A program made the translations under genes and the position numbers. Below the pieces are notes generated by a model. That model was given only the letters and a program-made list of their open reading frames with translations. It made no database searches and was not told the DNA's origin. A DNA stretch of 64,000 nt from Alphaproteobacteria bacterium. GTDB taxonomy: Bacteria; Pseudomonadota; Alphaproteobacteria; UBA7887. Shown in pieces: positions 40,700-51,671 of the stretch (position 1 is its first letter; every line of letters begins with the position of its first letter). Where the stretch lies: NCBI GenBank assembly GCA_965216755.1, contig CBDCGL010000011.1, positions 3,904,001 through 3,968,000 of the forward strand, read 5' to 3'.

Positions 40700-42969
40700 T
40701 GGCACAATCAACCGGCGTCACCGGACCGCGGCGCTTGTTGACGCGGTTGCGCGCAGTCATGCGTGAACCACGCTCGGGTCAGGACAAGCTCAATCAAGTC
40801 GTGCGGCTGATCGCCGCCGACATGGTCGCTGAGGTTTGCTCTTGTTATCTGACCCGCGCCGGCGAGGTGCTGGAGCTGTTCGCGACCGAAGGCCTAAAGC
40901 CCGAAGCCGTCCATCGCACACGGCTCGGCTACGGCGAGGGTCTGGTGGGGACTATCGCCGTAACCGCTCAGCCACTGACGTTGTCCGACGCGCAGTCACA
41001 TCCCGCATTTGCCTATCGTCCGGAGACTGGCGAAGAGATCTATCAGTCACTGATGGGCGTGCCAATTTCTCACGGCGGCAAGGTCATAGGTGTCCTGGTC
41101 GTGCAGAACAAGACCCGCCGCCACTATGACGAGGAGGAAGTTGAGGCACTGGAGATCGTCGCCATGGTGCTGGCGGAACTCGCCGCCGGCGGCGAGCTGG
41201 TCAACCCGCACGAACTCAGCGGGCCAGAGGGGGCGGTCACCCGCACACAGATGTTGGACGGCATGCCCCTGGTCGGCGGCTTGGGCATGGGCACGGTTGT
41301 CATTCACCGTCCCAGCGTGCACATCATCGATGTGGTCGCGGAAGACCCGGGTCGGGAACGCGCGCGCTTGTTTCAGGCGGCCCAGCGGATGCAAGCCGAC
41401 GTCGATCGCAAACTTGACGCGCCCGACATGGTCGGCAGCGGGGCGCATCGCGACGTCCTTGAGACCTACCGCATGTTTGCGCGCGACAGCGGCTGGCTGG
41501 CACGAATCACCGAGGCGATTGCCTCTGGCCTGACCGCTGAGGCCGCCGTCAGTCACGTCCAGGCCGATATGCGGGCGCGCATGTCCAAAGTACCCAGCGC
41601 GCTGTTCCGCGAGCGTCTCCACGACCTGGACGATTTGGCGAATCGTTTGCTGCATTATCTTTCTGGTACCAATGAGCAGCGCGTGCCGGTACCGCAGGAA
41701 GGCGAGTTTATCGTCGTCGCCCGATCGATGGGGCCGGCCGAATTCCTCGACTATGATCGTGACCGCTTGCGCGGTCTGATATTGGAAGAAGGCTCGCCGA
41801 CCATGCATGTCACGATTATGGCGCGGGCATTTTCCGTGCCGGTGGTCGGTCGTGTTCGCGACGCCCTGCAACGAATCAGCGCTGACGAAACCGCCATTGT
41901 CGACGGTGTCCGTGGCGAGGTCGTGGTGCAACCGGGCGACGACCTGATTGATCACTATCGCGAAGAGACGGTTGCCCGCGCGGCCCGTCGCGCGACTTAC
42001 GAACGCCTGCGCGACAGCCCGGCGCGCACGCTGGACGGCACCGACATATCGCTGAATATCAATGTTGGTCTGGAAGTCGATGTCGATCATTTGGACGCCA
42101 CCGGCGCTGAGGGTGTCGGTCTGTTTCGCACCGAGATCCCATTCATGATCTCGGCGCGTTTTCCCGACGTGCCGTCGCAGACCGAGCTCTATCGACGCAT
42201 TCTGACCAAGGCCGACAACCGCCCGGTGGTATTCCGCACGCTCGATATCGGTGGCGACAAGCGCCTGCCTTATTTACCGCAAATGGAGGAAGATAATCCC
42301 GCCTTGGGTTGGCGTGCGATCCGGATCGGCTTGGATCGGCCACAGATTCTGCGCAATCAACTCCGCGCATTGATACGGGCGGCGGGCGACGGCGCGTTGC
42401 GGGTGATGTTCCCGATGGTCTCGGACGTGAGCGAGTTGGTGGCGGCGCGGGCCATGCTGGATCACGCACTGGACCAGGCGCGGGCCGGTGGTGAACCGGT
42501 GCCCGCGGCGGTCCATGTCGGCGTGATGCTGGAGGTGCCGGCGCTTCTGTGGCAGTTGGACGACCTGCTGCCACAAATCGCATTCCTGTCGGTTGGGACC
42601 AACGATCTGATGCAATTCTTGTACGCCAGCGATCGCGGTAACCCGCGCATGGCTGGCCGCTATGACATTTTGTCGCCGGCAATGCTGGCCTTGGTCGAAG
42701 GCCTTGTTGCACAGTGCGCCCGTCACCAAGTGGAATTGGCGGTGTGTGGCGAAGCGGCCGGTGAAACGGTCCAGGCGCTGGGGTTGATCGGCGTCGGTGT
42801 GCGTCGTCTGTCCATGCCGCCGTCACGCATCGGCGCGGTCAAGTTGATGATCCGGAGCCTGCGATTAGGCGAGCTTGAGGCCTATTTGGCGGTGATTCGG
42901 CGATGGCAAGTTGCCAGCTTACGCGTGCCGTTGGGCAACTTCGCACGCGATCATGGCATTAGCATCTAG
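40699..42969 (+). CDS. ptsP: PEP-protein phosphotransferase EI-Ntr (GAF-PtsI)
   Basis: N-terminal GAF domain, GSPTMHV, GLFRTE, RTLDIGGDK, SVGTNDL. Confidence 0.95.
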   Translation: MAQSTGVTGPRRLLTRLRAVMREPRSGQDKLNQVVRLIAADMVAEVCSCYLTRAGEVLELFATEGLKPEAVHRTRLGYGEGLVGTIAVTAQPLTLSDAQSHPAFAYRPETGEEIYQSLMGVPISHGGKVIGVLVVQNKTRRHYDEEEVEALEIVAMVLAELAAGGELVNPHELSGPEGAVTRTQMLDGMPLVGGLGMGTVVIHRPSVHIIDVVAEDPGRERARLFQAAQRMQADVDRKLDAPDMVGSGAHRDVLETYRMFARDSGWLARITEAIASGLTAEAAVSHVQADMRARMSKVPSALFRERLHDLDDLANRLLHYLSGTNEQRVPVPQEGEFIVVARSMGPAEFLDYDRDRLRGLILEEGSPTMHVTIMARAFSVPVVGRVRDALQRISADETAIVDGVRGEVVVQPGDDLIDHYREETVARAARRATYERLRDSPARTLDGTDISLNINVGLEVDVDHLDATGAEGVGLFRTEIPFMISARFPDVPSQTELYRRILTKADNRPVVFRTLDIGGDKRLPYLPQMEEDNPALGWRAIRIGLDRPQILRNQLRALIRAAGDGALRVMFPMVSDVSELVAARAMLDHALDQARAGGEPVPAAVHVGVMLEVPALLWQLDDLLPQIAFLSVGTNDLMQFLYASDRGNPRMAGRYDILSPAMLALVEGLVAQCARHQVELAVCGEAAGETVQALGLIGVGVRRLSMPPSRIGAVKLMIRSLRLGELEAYLAVIRRWQVASLRVPLGNFARDHGISI

Positions 42970-43148
42970 ATGGGCTGCGTCTGTGACCTATTTAGAATTA
43001 TGGTTTAGTGTGGAATCGGCGTGGTTCGATGTGTCAGGCAACATTTGATCAGCTCTGAAACGTGATGCCTGTCACGCAAACCATGTCCTTTCCTGGTCGT
43101 GGCGCAATGCTGTGACGGATCTCGTCGAGATCCCGTGGAAATTCAGGT

Positions 43149-44393
43149 ATGGCACAGGCGGAAGAATTTCAAATCTATGATTTGAACGAGCATCGAAAAG
43201 AGCGATACCAGGGTATCGGCGATGAACTCCGCGGCGCGCGTCTGAACAAGGGCGTGTCGTTGGATTCAATGGCCGAGACCCTGCGAATCAAACTCAGCCA
43301 TTTGGAAGCTATCGAAGCCGGCCGCTTTGAGGATTTGCCCGGGCCGGCCTATGTCGCTGGCTTCTTGCGTGCCTATACCGGCCATGTCGGGCTGGACGGC
43401 GACACTGTCGTGGAACGCTATCGGGCGGAACAAGGCGGAGAGCGGGACGATCAGGACCTGCACTTCCCCGAACCGCCAAGCGAGTCGTGGATGCCGAAAA
43501 CCATCTTGGTTCTGGCATCGGTAATGATCGCGGCGGCAGCGTTCGGCGGCTGGTATTATCTGGGTGATGATCGACAGGTTGTCGTCGATCAAGTGACCGA
43601 GGTTCCGGAAGAGATCCTCGCCGCCGCCGAACCGGGACCGGTGTCGTCGCCGCCCCGGGCGCAAACGGCTGCGCTCCGCAGCGCGCCGACCAAACCCTCG
43701 GTCGCGGAACAGCGTTTGCCCACTTTTGCCGTACAGACACGCACGGCGGCCCTGGATGCCGCGCTGGCGGCGCCGCGACTCGCGCCCGCCAAGCCACGCT
43801 TTCCAGAACCGGTCGACGCTAGCCCGCTGGCGGCGAATGCCGCTTCGACGACGGTTTCGGGCAATCGCGCGGCGACGCTTGCCAACCCCATCGGTACGGG
43901 TTTGCGTGCCACCACCGCGCCTGCACCGACGGCACCAGCACGTTTGGAATCGGCCTGGTTGAACGGCACGTCGACGTCGGCGCCGCGCTTGCCAACGGAC
44001 GCGGCCGGACCGGTGGACCGCGTCGAACCGCGATCTGAGTTTGCCGCCCTATCCGCGCCACCACGTGCGCCCGTGGCCCAGAGTGGGTCCCAAAAACCGC
44101 GAATTTATGGGCAAGAAAATGCTGGTGCGCGCGTGGTCGTGCACGCCCGCCAGGACAGTTGGGTCCAGGTCCAAAGCGACAGCAACGAATTGCTTCTGAC
44201 CCGCATTATGCGCGCCGGCGACCGTTACTTGGTCCCCAATCGTCGCGATTTGACCTTGGTCACCGGCAATGCCGGCGGCATCGAAGTGATCGTTGATGGT
44301 CGCGTCTTACCTGCCCTGGGCCCGACCGGCGCGGTGCGCCGCGATGTCCGTCTGTCGCCCGACGCGCTGCGCGCGCTGGTCGACAGCAATTAG
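43149..44393 (+). CDS. rodZ: RodZ-like HTH/DUF4115 membrane protein
   Basis: HTH ..LEAIEAG..YVAGFLRAY, one TM segment, low-complexity linker, DSWVQV..TGNAGG. Confidence 0.85.
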   Translation: MAQAEEFQIYDLNEHRKERYQGIGDELRGARLNKGVSLDSMAETLRIKLSHLEAIEAGRFEDLPGPAYVAGFLRAYTGHVGLDGDTVVERYRAEQGGERDDQDLHFPEPPSESWMPKTILVLASVMIAAAAFGGWYYLGDDRQVVVDQVTEVPEEILAAAEPGPVSSPPRAQTAALRSAPTKPSVAEQRLPTFAVQTRTAALDAALAAPRLAPAKPRFPEPVDASPLAANAASTTVSGNRAATLANPIGTGLRATTAPAPTAPARLESAWLNGTSTSAPRLPTDAAGPVDRVEPRSEFAALSAPPRAPVAQSGSQKPRIYGQENAGARVVVHARQDSWVQVQSDSNELLLTRIMRAGDRYLVPNRRDLTLVTGNAGGIEVIVDGRVLPALGPTGAVRRDVRLSPDALRALVDSN

Positions 44394-44622
44394 CCGCAAC
44401 CTGGGCCGGCGGTCGCCGAGAGCGGCGACCATTTCTGGGACAGGTGGCGAACAAGATCGCCGGGTGATGGACCGGCCGAACGCCCGCCATGGCGGACACA
44501 GGGTGTTAAATTCGCGGAAAAATCGCGTCGCCGCGTAGAGCGGCGTTTTTCTTGTATCCGCCGATCCCCTATAGTGCGGCTCGGCTATCCGCAGCTCCTG
44601 GGTCAACAAAAGAGGCGCAAGA

Positions 44623-45732
44623 ATGAGTGTGCGTCCTTATCGCGATATCCATCGGCGTGCGTGCCGGCAAATCCATGTCGGCAGCGTCGCGGTCGGCGGC
44701 GATGCGCCCATATCGGTGCAATCGATGACCAACACGCTGACCACCGATGTCGCCGCCACCGTCGCACAGATCCATGCTTTGGAGGCGGCCGGCGCGGACA
44801 TCGTGCGCGTGTCGTGTCCGGATGCGGAATCATCGGCGGCGCTCAAAGACATTATCCGGCAGGTGTCGGTGCCGATCGTCGCTGACATTCATTTCCATTA
44901 TAAGCGCGCGATTGAGGCGGCCGAGGCCGGCGCGGCATGTCTGCGGATCAACCCCGGCAATATCGGTTCCGCGGCGCGCGTGCGCGAAGTGATCCAGGCC
45001 GCCAAGGATCATGGCTGTTCGATGCGTATTGGGGTCAATGCGGGATCGCTGGAGCGCCATCTCCTGGAGAAATATGGCGAACCCTGTCCGGAAGCCTTGG
45101 TTGAGAGTGCCCTCGACCACGCCCGCATCCTGGAGGACAACGGTTTTGAACAGTTCAAGATCAGCGTCAAAGCGTCCGACGTGTTCTTGGCGGCGGCCGC
45201 GTATCAAGGCCTGGCGGAGGCGTGTGACTACCCATTGCACATTGGCATTACCGAAGCCGGTGGGCTGCTGACCGGCACGGTCAAGTCGGCGATTGGCCTC
45301 GGCAATCTCTTGTGGATGGGCATTGGTGATACGTTACGTGTGTCGCTCTCGGCGGACCCGGTTGAGGAGGTGCGGGTTGGTTTCGAGCTTCTCAAAGCGC
45401 TCAACTTGCGTCATCGGGGCGTCAATATCATATCTTGTCCGTCATGCGCGCGGCAGCAGTTCCCGGTCGTCGAAACGGTGGCCATATTGGAAAAGCGGCT
45501 GGCGCACATTACGACGCCGCTGACGCTCTCGGTCATCGGTTGTGTGGTCAACGGACCCGGCGAGGCGCGAGAGACCGATATCGGCCTGACTGGCGGCGGC
45601 CGTGGCACGCATCAGGTTTATCTCGGCGGCGTGACCGATCATCGCATTCACGATGATGGCTTGGTGGATCACATCGTTGCCTTGGTCGAACAAAAAGCTG
45701 CTGAGATGGACGTGAACCAAGCCGCTGAATAG
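44623..45732 (+). CDS. ispG: HMBPP synthase
   Basis: [37 protein letters not shown]. Confidence 0.98.
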   Translation: MSVRPYRDIHRRACRQIHVGSVAVGGDAPISVQSMTNTLTTDVAATVAQIHALEAAGADIVRVSCPDAESSAALKDIIRQVSVPIVADIHFHYKRAIEAAEAGAACLRINPGNIGSAARVREVIQAAKDHGCSMRIGVNAGSLERHLLEKYGEPCPEALVESALDHARILEDNGFEQFKISVKASDVFLAAAAYQGLAEACDYPLHIGITEAGGLLTGTVKSAIGLGNLLWMGIGDTLRVSLSADPVEEVRVGFELLKALNLRHRGVNIISCPSCARQQFPVVETVAILEKRLAHITTPLTLSVIGCVVNGPGEARETDIGLTGGGRGTHQVYLGGVTDHRIHDDGLVDHIVALVEQKAAEMDVNQAAE

Positions 45733-45792
45733 CGCGCTAAACAAGCGCCACTGGCCGACAGCGCCGAACCGCGACCAGACGAGAACCGCATC

Positions 45793-46872
45793 ATGAGTCT
45801 AGAAGCACAACTCGAGAAGATCGTCGCGCGTCATCGCGACTTGAGCCGCGAAATGGCGTCGGAATCGCTTTCCAGCGACGATCGCGTGCGGTTGGCCAAG
45901 GAATATGCGGATTTGTCGCCGGTGGTGGACCGAATCGACGAATTGGCTCGGTTGAAAGACGAAGCGCACGACTTGGCTGAATTGATTACCGATCCCGACA
46001 GTGATGCCGAAATGCGGACACTGGCGGAAGAAGAGCTGGCTGATTTGCGCGAACGTGTACCCGTGCTTGAACACGAACTCCAAATCGCCTTGCTGCCCCG
46101 TGATCAGGCCGACGAGCGTAACGTGATTCTAGAGGTGCGTGCCGGAACCGGTGGCGACGAGGCGGCATTGTTCGGGGCCGATTTGTTCCGCATGTATCAG
46201 CGCTTTGCTGAGGCCCAAAAGTGGCGGTTTGAGGTCATGCACATGTCGGAAACTGGCATCGGTGGCCTGAAGGAAGCGACCGCCTCGATTACTGGACATG
46301 GCGCATTTGCCCGGCTGAAGTTCGAATCCGGCGTGCACCGGGTGCAACGTGTCCCGAAAACCGAGGCATCGGGCCGGATTCATACCTCGGCGGCGACCGT
46401 TGCGGTGTTACCGGAGGCTGAGGCTGTCGACGTGCAGGTCGATGACAAAGATCTGCGGGTCGACGTTTTCCGCGCCAGCGGGCCCGGTGGGCAGTCTGTC
46501 AACACAACCGATAGCGCGGTACGTATCACGCATATCCCGACGGGCATTGTGGTCAGCCAGCAAGATGAGAAATCGCAGCATAAGAACAAAGCCAAGGCGA
46601 TGAAAATTCTGCGCGCCCGGCTATTCGAAAAAGAGCGCGCTGAACAGGCTGCGGCACGGGCTGCCGATCGGAAATCGCAAGTCGGCAGCGGTGATCGTTC
46701 GGAACGCATTCGAACCTATAATTTTCCACAGGGTCGAATTACCGATCACCGCATCAATTACAGCGCTTATGATATGTCGGCCATGTTGGACGGGGCCTTG
46801 CTGGGTGAGTTTGCTGACGCATTGACCGCCGAAGACCAAGCGCGGCGCCTCGCTGACATGAGCGCGCAATAA
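45793..46872 (+). CDS. prfA: Peptide chain release factor 1
   Basis: VQRVPKTE (PxT), [22 protein letters not shown]. Confidence 0.98.
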   Translation: MSLEAQLEKIVARHRDLSREMASESLSSDDRVRLAKEYADLSPVVDRIDELARLKDEAHDLAELITDPDSDAEMRTLAEEELADLRERVPVLEHELQIALLPRDQADERNVILEVRAGTGGDEAALFGADLFRMYQRFAEAQKWRFEVMHMSETGIGGLKEATASITGHGAFARLKFESGVHRVQRVPKTEASGRIHTSAATVAVLPEAEAVDVQVDDKDLRVDVFRASGPGGQSVNTTDSAVRITHIPTGIVVSQQDEKSQHKNKAKAMKILRARLFEKERAEQAAARAADRKSQVGSGDRSERIRTYNFPQGRITDHRINYSAYDMSAMLDGALLGEFADALTAEDQARRLADMSAQ

Positions 46873-46896
46873 CGCGGCGCGGGGCGCGCGACGTAT

Positions 46897-47796
46897 ATGT
46901 CTGGTCAGAGTCTGGCGCCCATGCCCGTCGGTTCGACCGTGGCCGAGGCGATAACGTGGGCATACCATCAGTTGCACTGCAAAGGTGTACCGGGGGCCAG
47001 GCGTGACGCGCGCTTGTTGGTTGCGACGACCCTCGGCTTGTCACGCGAAGAGACAATGCGTGATGGCGCGCGAAGGATCAGTCGCGAACAAAGCCGCCAC
47101 GTTTGCCGCGTGATTGCGCGCCGCGCCGCTCGCGAACCGGTGGCCCTGATATTGGGCGAACGCGAGTTTTGGAGTTTGCCGTTCGCGATTGGCCGTGCAA
47201 CCCTGATCCCGCGCCCCGAAACGGAAACGCTGATCGAAGCGGTCTTGGCGCTACGGCCAGATCGCCAAATGCCTCTACGGATTGCTGATTTCGGTACCGG
47301 ATCCGGCTGTCTGCTATTGGCCTTGTTGCGCGAATATCACCATGCCGTAGGGGTTGGCATCGACGTGCAAAAAGCCGCGCTTGATCTCGCGCATGACAAC
47401 GCGATTGCGTTGGGTGTGGCCGACCGGGCGGATTTTGTTGTGGCGGATTGGGGGGACGGTTTGGCCGCCCGCTTCGACGTGATTGTCGCCAACCCGCCCT
47501 ATATTCCGACAATGGCGATCGAACAGCTGGCACCGGAAGTGGCACAATATGAATCGCGTGCGGCGCTCGACGGTGGTGCCGACGGTCTTGTTGCCTATCG
47601 TCGGTTGGCGCCGGCCGTATACGGCATGCTAAGGCCAACTGGCGTGGCTGTGTTCGAGGTTGGCGCCGGCCAAGCCGACGCCGTGACGCGCATCTTTGAA
47701 ACCCACGGTCTCGCGGCCGGCCACCGCAAGCAGGATCTGGCAGGCATTGATCGCTGCGTTGTGTTTGGCCACACAAGTCCCGGAATACTTTCGTGA
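46897..47796 (+). CDS. prmC: Release factor glutamine methyltransferase
   Basis: LIPRPETE, DFGTGSG, NPPY, LDGGADGL. Confidence 0.96.
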   Translation: MSGQSLAPMPVGSTVAEAITWAYHQLHCKGVPGARRDARLLVATTLGLSREETMRDGARRISREQSRHVCRVIARRAAREPVALILGEREFWSLPFAIGRATLIPRPETETLIEAVLALRPDRQMPLRIADFGTGSGCLLLALLREYHHAVGVGIDVQKAALDLAHDNAIALGVADRADFVVADWGDGLAARFDVIVANPPYIPTMAIEQLAPEVAQYESRAALDGGADGLVAYRRLAPAVYGMLRPTGVAVFEVGAGQADAVTRIFETHGLAAGHRKQDLAGIDRCVVFGHTSPGILS

Positions 47797-48016
47797 TGTG
47801 ATAAAAGGCTTGGAAGTTCGGCCTATAGGGGCTAGGTTCTGAAGGAAGCTAGCCGCGGGCCACAGATGAAGAGACGGCGAATAATGGTGCGGTGCCGATG
47901 CTTTCTCGGTGATTTGGCAGATTGAGTTGCCACGAGAAAGTCTGGTTAGTTCAGATCGACCGTGGTCGCCGTCGACCGGTCGCGAACACACAACCCAGGA
48001 TGGTACGACGAAGGGC

Positions 48017-48583
48017 ATGAAGCACGGTCCCAGCTCGAAGCGCCAACGCGGGCGAACGAATGGCAGAAGGCCTCACTTTGGACATGGCCAGACGTTCGAG
48101 AGCAATGGTCCGGATGTCAAAATTCGGGGCAATGCCAGTCAAGTTCTCGAAAAATATCAATCATTAGCTCGGGACGCTGTGGCGTCGGGCGACCGCATCG
48201 CGGCGGAGAGCTATCTTCAGCATGCGGAGCACTATTACCGAATTTTGAATGCCAACGTGCCGAGCGCTGGCCAGGGTGAGGTGGCTGGAACGGGGCGTCA
48301 GCCTGGCGCAGGCCAAAACGGGCCGCGTGCAGCTCAGGACGGGCGTGGTCCAGAGCAGAACGATGGCGTGCGCGCGGCGAATGAGCGCGGTGACAAAGCA
48401 GAGCGCGGTGACAAGGCCGAGCGCGGTGACAAAGCCGAGCGCGGGGAACGGTCGGATCGCACTAGAAAGGCCGAGCGCGGCAGTGGTGCTGAGCGGGTCG
48501 AGAAAGGCGACAAAGTCGCCAGCGCCGAGAAGCGCGACAAACAAGACAAGCAAAAAGCGGATACCGAACCGGCCGCGATGTAA
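48017..48583 (+). CDS. DUF4167 family protein
   Basis: FESNGPDVKIRG..EKYQSLARDA..YLQHAEHYYR. Confidence 0.92.
   Translation: MKHGPSSKRQRGRTNGRRPHFGHGQTFESNGPDVKIRGNASQVLEKYQSLARDAVASGDRIAAESYLQHAEHYYRILNANVPSAGQGEVAGTGRQPGAGQNGPRAAQDGRGPEQNDGVRAANERGDKAERGDKAERGDKAERGERSDRTRKAERGSGAERVEKGDKVASAEKRDKQDKQKADTEPAAM
48383..48444 (+). repeat. 18-bp coding tandem repeat (ERGDKA x3.5)
   Basis: GAGCGCGGTGACAA(A/G)GC(A/C) x3, plus a partial copy. Confidence 0.9.
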
Positions 48584-48894
48584 TCGATCGGCCGAACGGT
48601 AGAGTCTACCGCCGGGCGGCCAAATTGCGCGCGCGGCGGTTGCGACCTGGCGATCGCGGTTGATGCCGTGGCGTGCGCAGACTATGCTTGGAAAACGGTA
48701 GTTTTTTTGCCTTCAAGAGCATTTTTGGGGCTGGCGAATCAGGCCCAAAAAGCCCACATTTAGCTTCTGATCGTGAATTCGCGGGTGTGACCGGGCCTAA
48801 TGAGGACGGTGCGCACATGGTCTGTTGGCCGAATGCGGGCTGGCAATCGTGTGGATCCGCGCGATCTGGTCGTTTTTTGTTGGAAAGGCCAAAA

Positions 48895-51492
48895 ATGAAC
48901 TTCGATCGCTTTACTGACCGCAGCCGCGGTCTGGTCCAGTCCGCTCAAGGGCGGGCCATATCTGCCGGACATCAGAGATTCACGCCCGAGCATCTGCTTA
49001 AAGAACTGCTCGAAGACCCGGATGGTTTGGCCGCCAATTTAATGCGCGCCGCCGGGGCCCGTCCCGAGGACGCTCTCGGCGCGGTTGATGCGGCGTTGGC
49101 CAAGTTGCCCAAGGTCGAAGGCAGTGGGGCCGGCCAACTTTATCTGGCGCCAGAGACCGCACGGCTGTTCGAATCTGTCGAGACCCTGGCAAAGGAGGCC
49201 GGGGATGATTTCGTCACTGCCGAGCGGTTGTTGTTGGCGCTTTCGTTGGCCAAGGGTGCGACAGCGGCACAGATTTTGGCCGATGCCGGATTGACAGCGC
49301 AGGCGCTCAACAATGCCATCAATGAGGTGCGCAAGGGGCGCACCGCGGATTCTGCCAGCGCCGAAGACAGCTACGAGGCACTGAAACGCTATGCGCGCGA
49401 CATCACCCAGGATGCGCGCGACGGCAAGCTTGATCCGGTTATTGGCCGCGACGAAGAAATTCGGCGCACGATCCAGGTTTTGTCACGGCGAACCAAGAAC
49501 AATCCGGTCATTATCGGCGAACCCGGTGTTGGCAAGACAGCCATTGTCGAAGGGCTGGCAACACGCATCGTCAATGGGGACGTGCCCGAATCGTTGCGCG
49601 ACAAACGATTGTTGGCGCTCGATTTGGGCGCGATGATTGCTGGAGCAAAGTTCCGCGGTGAATTCGAAGAGCGATTGAAAGCCGTGCTCGCGGAGGTGAC
49701 CGGGGCTGGCGGCGAAATCGTTCTGTTCATCGATGAATTGCACACCTTGGTGGGCGCGGGCGCCGCCGAGGGCGCGATGGACGCATCGAATCTGCTGAAG
49801 CCAGCATTGGCGCGCGGTGAGCTGCACTGTGTCGGCGCCACCACGCTCGATGAATACCGCAAGCATATCGAAAAAGACGCCGCCTTGGCGCGGCGCTTTC
49901 AATCCATCTTTATTGGCGAGCCGACGGTGGAGGACTCGATCTCGATTTTGCGCGGCATTAAGGAGAAGTACGAGCTCCATCACGGTGTCGAGATTTTGGA
50001 TGCGGCGCTGGTTGCCGCCGCAACATTGTCGGCACGTTATATTTCAGATCGTTTTCTGCCCGATAAAGCCATCGATTTGGTCGACGAGGCGGCAAGCCGC
50101 AAGCGCATGGCTGTGGACAGCAAGCCGGAAGAGCTCGATGAACTCGATCGTCGCGTCATCCAACTGAAGATCGAGCGCGAGGCGTTGCGCAAGGAAAGCG
50201 ATGAGGCGTCGAAAACGCGGCTGGAGAAGCTCGAAGCCGATCTGGCCGAGCTTGAGGCCAGCGCCAATGCCCTGAGTGCCAAGTGGCAGGCGGAAAAGGA
50301 ACTGCTGCACGGCGCGCAGAACGTAAAAGAAAACTTGGAAGCGGCGCGAATCGAACTCGATCAAGCCAAGCGCGCCGGTGATTTTGAACGCGCCGGCGAA
50401 TTGGCCCACGGCATCATTCCGAGCCTCGAGGCACATTTGTCGGTTGCCTCGAATGATGACGGCGGCGCGACCATCATGGTCAGCGAAAAGGTTACGGCGG
50501 ACGATATCGCCAGCGTCGTCTCTCGATGGACCGGGATTCCGGTCGAAAAAATGCTGGAAGGTGAGCGCGACAAGCTTTTACACATGGAAGCCAGCCTGTC
50601 CCAACGTGTGGTCGGCCAGGATGACGCCATCCAGGCGGTGTCGGAAGCTGTGCGGCGCGCGCGCGCCGGGTTGCAAGATCCCAATCGGCCGATTGGCTCG
50701 TTCATGTTTTTGGGGCCGACCGGGGTTGGTAAGACGGAATTGACCAAGGCCCTGGCGGCGTTTCTGTTTGACGACGAGACGGCGCTGCTGCGCGTTGACA
50801 TGTCGGAATATATGGAAAAGCACTCCGTCGCGCGGCTGATCGGCGCGCCGCCCGGCTATGTCGGCTATGAAGAAGGCGGTGCCTTGACCGAGGCTGTGCG
50901 GCGGCGGCCTTATCAGGTTGTGTTGTTCGATGAAATCGAGAAGGCACATGCCGACGTTTTCAACGTCTTGCTGCAAGTGCTGGACGACGGGCGGCTGACT
51001 GATGGCCATGGCCGCACGGTCGATTTCCGCAACACATTGATCATCATGACCTCGAATTTGGGTGGCGACATATTGGCGGAACTGTCCGCCGACATAGACA
51101 CGACCGAGGCCCAGGACCAGGTCATGGCGGTTGTCCGTGGTCATTTCCGGCCGGAGTTTCTGAATCGAGTCGACGAGATCGTGCTGTTCCATCGCCTCAG
51201 CCGCGCGCATATGAGCGGCATCGTGGATATCCAGATCAAGCGGCTTGGGGCTTTGCTGCAAGACCGGAATATCGAGATATCGCTCGATGCGGGTGCGGTG
51301 CGATGGCTGGCGGATGCCGGCTATGATCCGGTCTATGGCGCCCGCCCGCTAAAGCGGGTGATTCAGCGGGAATTGCAGAACCCGCTTGCCAAGGCGCTAT
51401 TGGAGGGTGAGATTAGCGATGGCGCCCGCGTGGCCGTCACCGTCGGCGAGACCGGTTTGATTGTGCAGGAACAAGCGCGCGCGGCCGCCTAG
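48895..51492 (+). CDS. clpB: ATP-dependent chaperone ClpB
   Basis: Two AAA+ modules ([16 protein letters not shown]), coiled-coil middle domain, YGARPLKR; ATG 48895. Confidence 0.98.
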   Translation: MNFDRFTDRSRGLVQSAQGRAISAGHQRFTPEHLLKELLEDPDGLAANLMRAAGARPEDALGAVDAALAKLPKVEGSGAGQLYLAPETARLFESVETLAKEAGDDFVTAERLLLALSLAKGATAAQILADAGLTAQALNNAINEVRKGRTADSASAEDSYEALKRYARDITQDARDGKLDPVIGRDEEIRRTIQVLSRRTKNNPVIIGEPGVGKTAIVEGLATRIVNGDVPESLRDKRLLALDLGAMIAGAKFRGEFEERLKAVLAEVTGAGGEIVLFIDELHTLVGAGAAEGAMDASNLLKPALARGELHCVGATTLDEYRKHIEKDAALARRFQSIFIGEPTVEDSISILRGIKEKYELHHGVEILDAALVAAATLSARYISDRFLPDKAIDLVDEAASRKRMAVDSKPEELDELDRRVIQLKIEREALRKESDEASKTRLEKLEADLAELEASANALSAKWQAEKELLHGAQNVKENLEAARIELDQAKRAGDFERAGELAHGIIPSLEAHLSVASNDDGGATIMVSEKVTADDIASVVSRWTGIPVEKMLEGERDKLLHMEASLSQRVVGQDDAIQAVSEAVRRARAGLQDPNRPIGSFMFLGPTGVGKTELTKALAAFLFDDETALLRVDMSEYMEKHSVARLIGAPPGYVGYEEGGALTEAVRRRPYQVVLFDEIEKAHADVFNVLLQVLDDGRLTDGHGRTVDFRNTLIIMTSNLGGDILAELSADIDTTEAQDQVMAVVRGHFRPEFLNRVDEIVLFHRLSRAHMSGIVDIQIKRLGALLQDRNIEISLDAGAVRWLADAGYDPVYGARPLKRVIQRELQNPLAKALLEGEISDGARVAVTVGETGLIVQEQARAAA

Positions 51493-51622
51493 AGCACTTT
51501 CCGACCATATTGAACCATTCTGCCGGAGCGATTTTGTGACAAGATCAAGTCGATGTCCGCATGGCGTATCGGGCATACGGCTAAGGATATCGCCGTCGAG
51601 TTTGTCACAAAAGCGCCCGGCC
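51490..51622. repeat. Palindromic intergenic element (MITE-like)
   Basis: GCCGGAGCGATTTTGTGACAA ... TTGTCACAAAAGCGCCCGGC imperfect inverted repeat between convergent genes. Confidence 0.6.
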
Positions 51623-51671
51623 ACAAGCGATCACGAGCGGCGGTTGTGGCTGCTTGTGCCCGATAGGTGTG

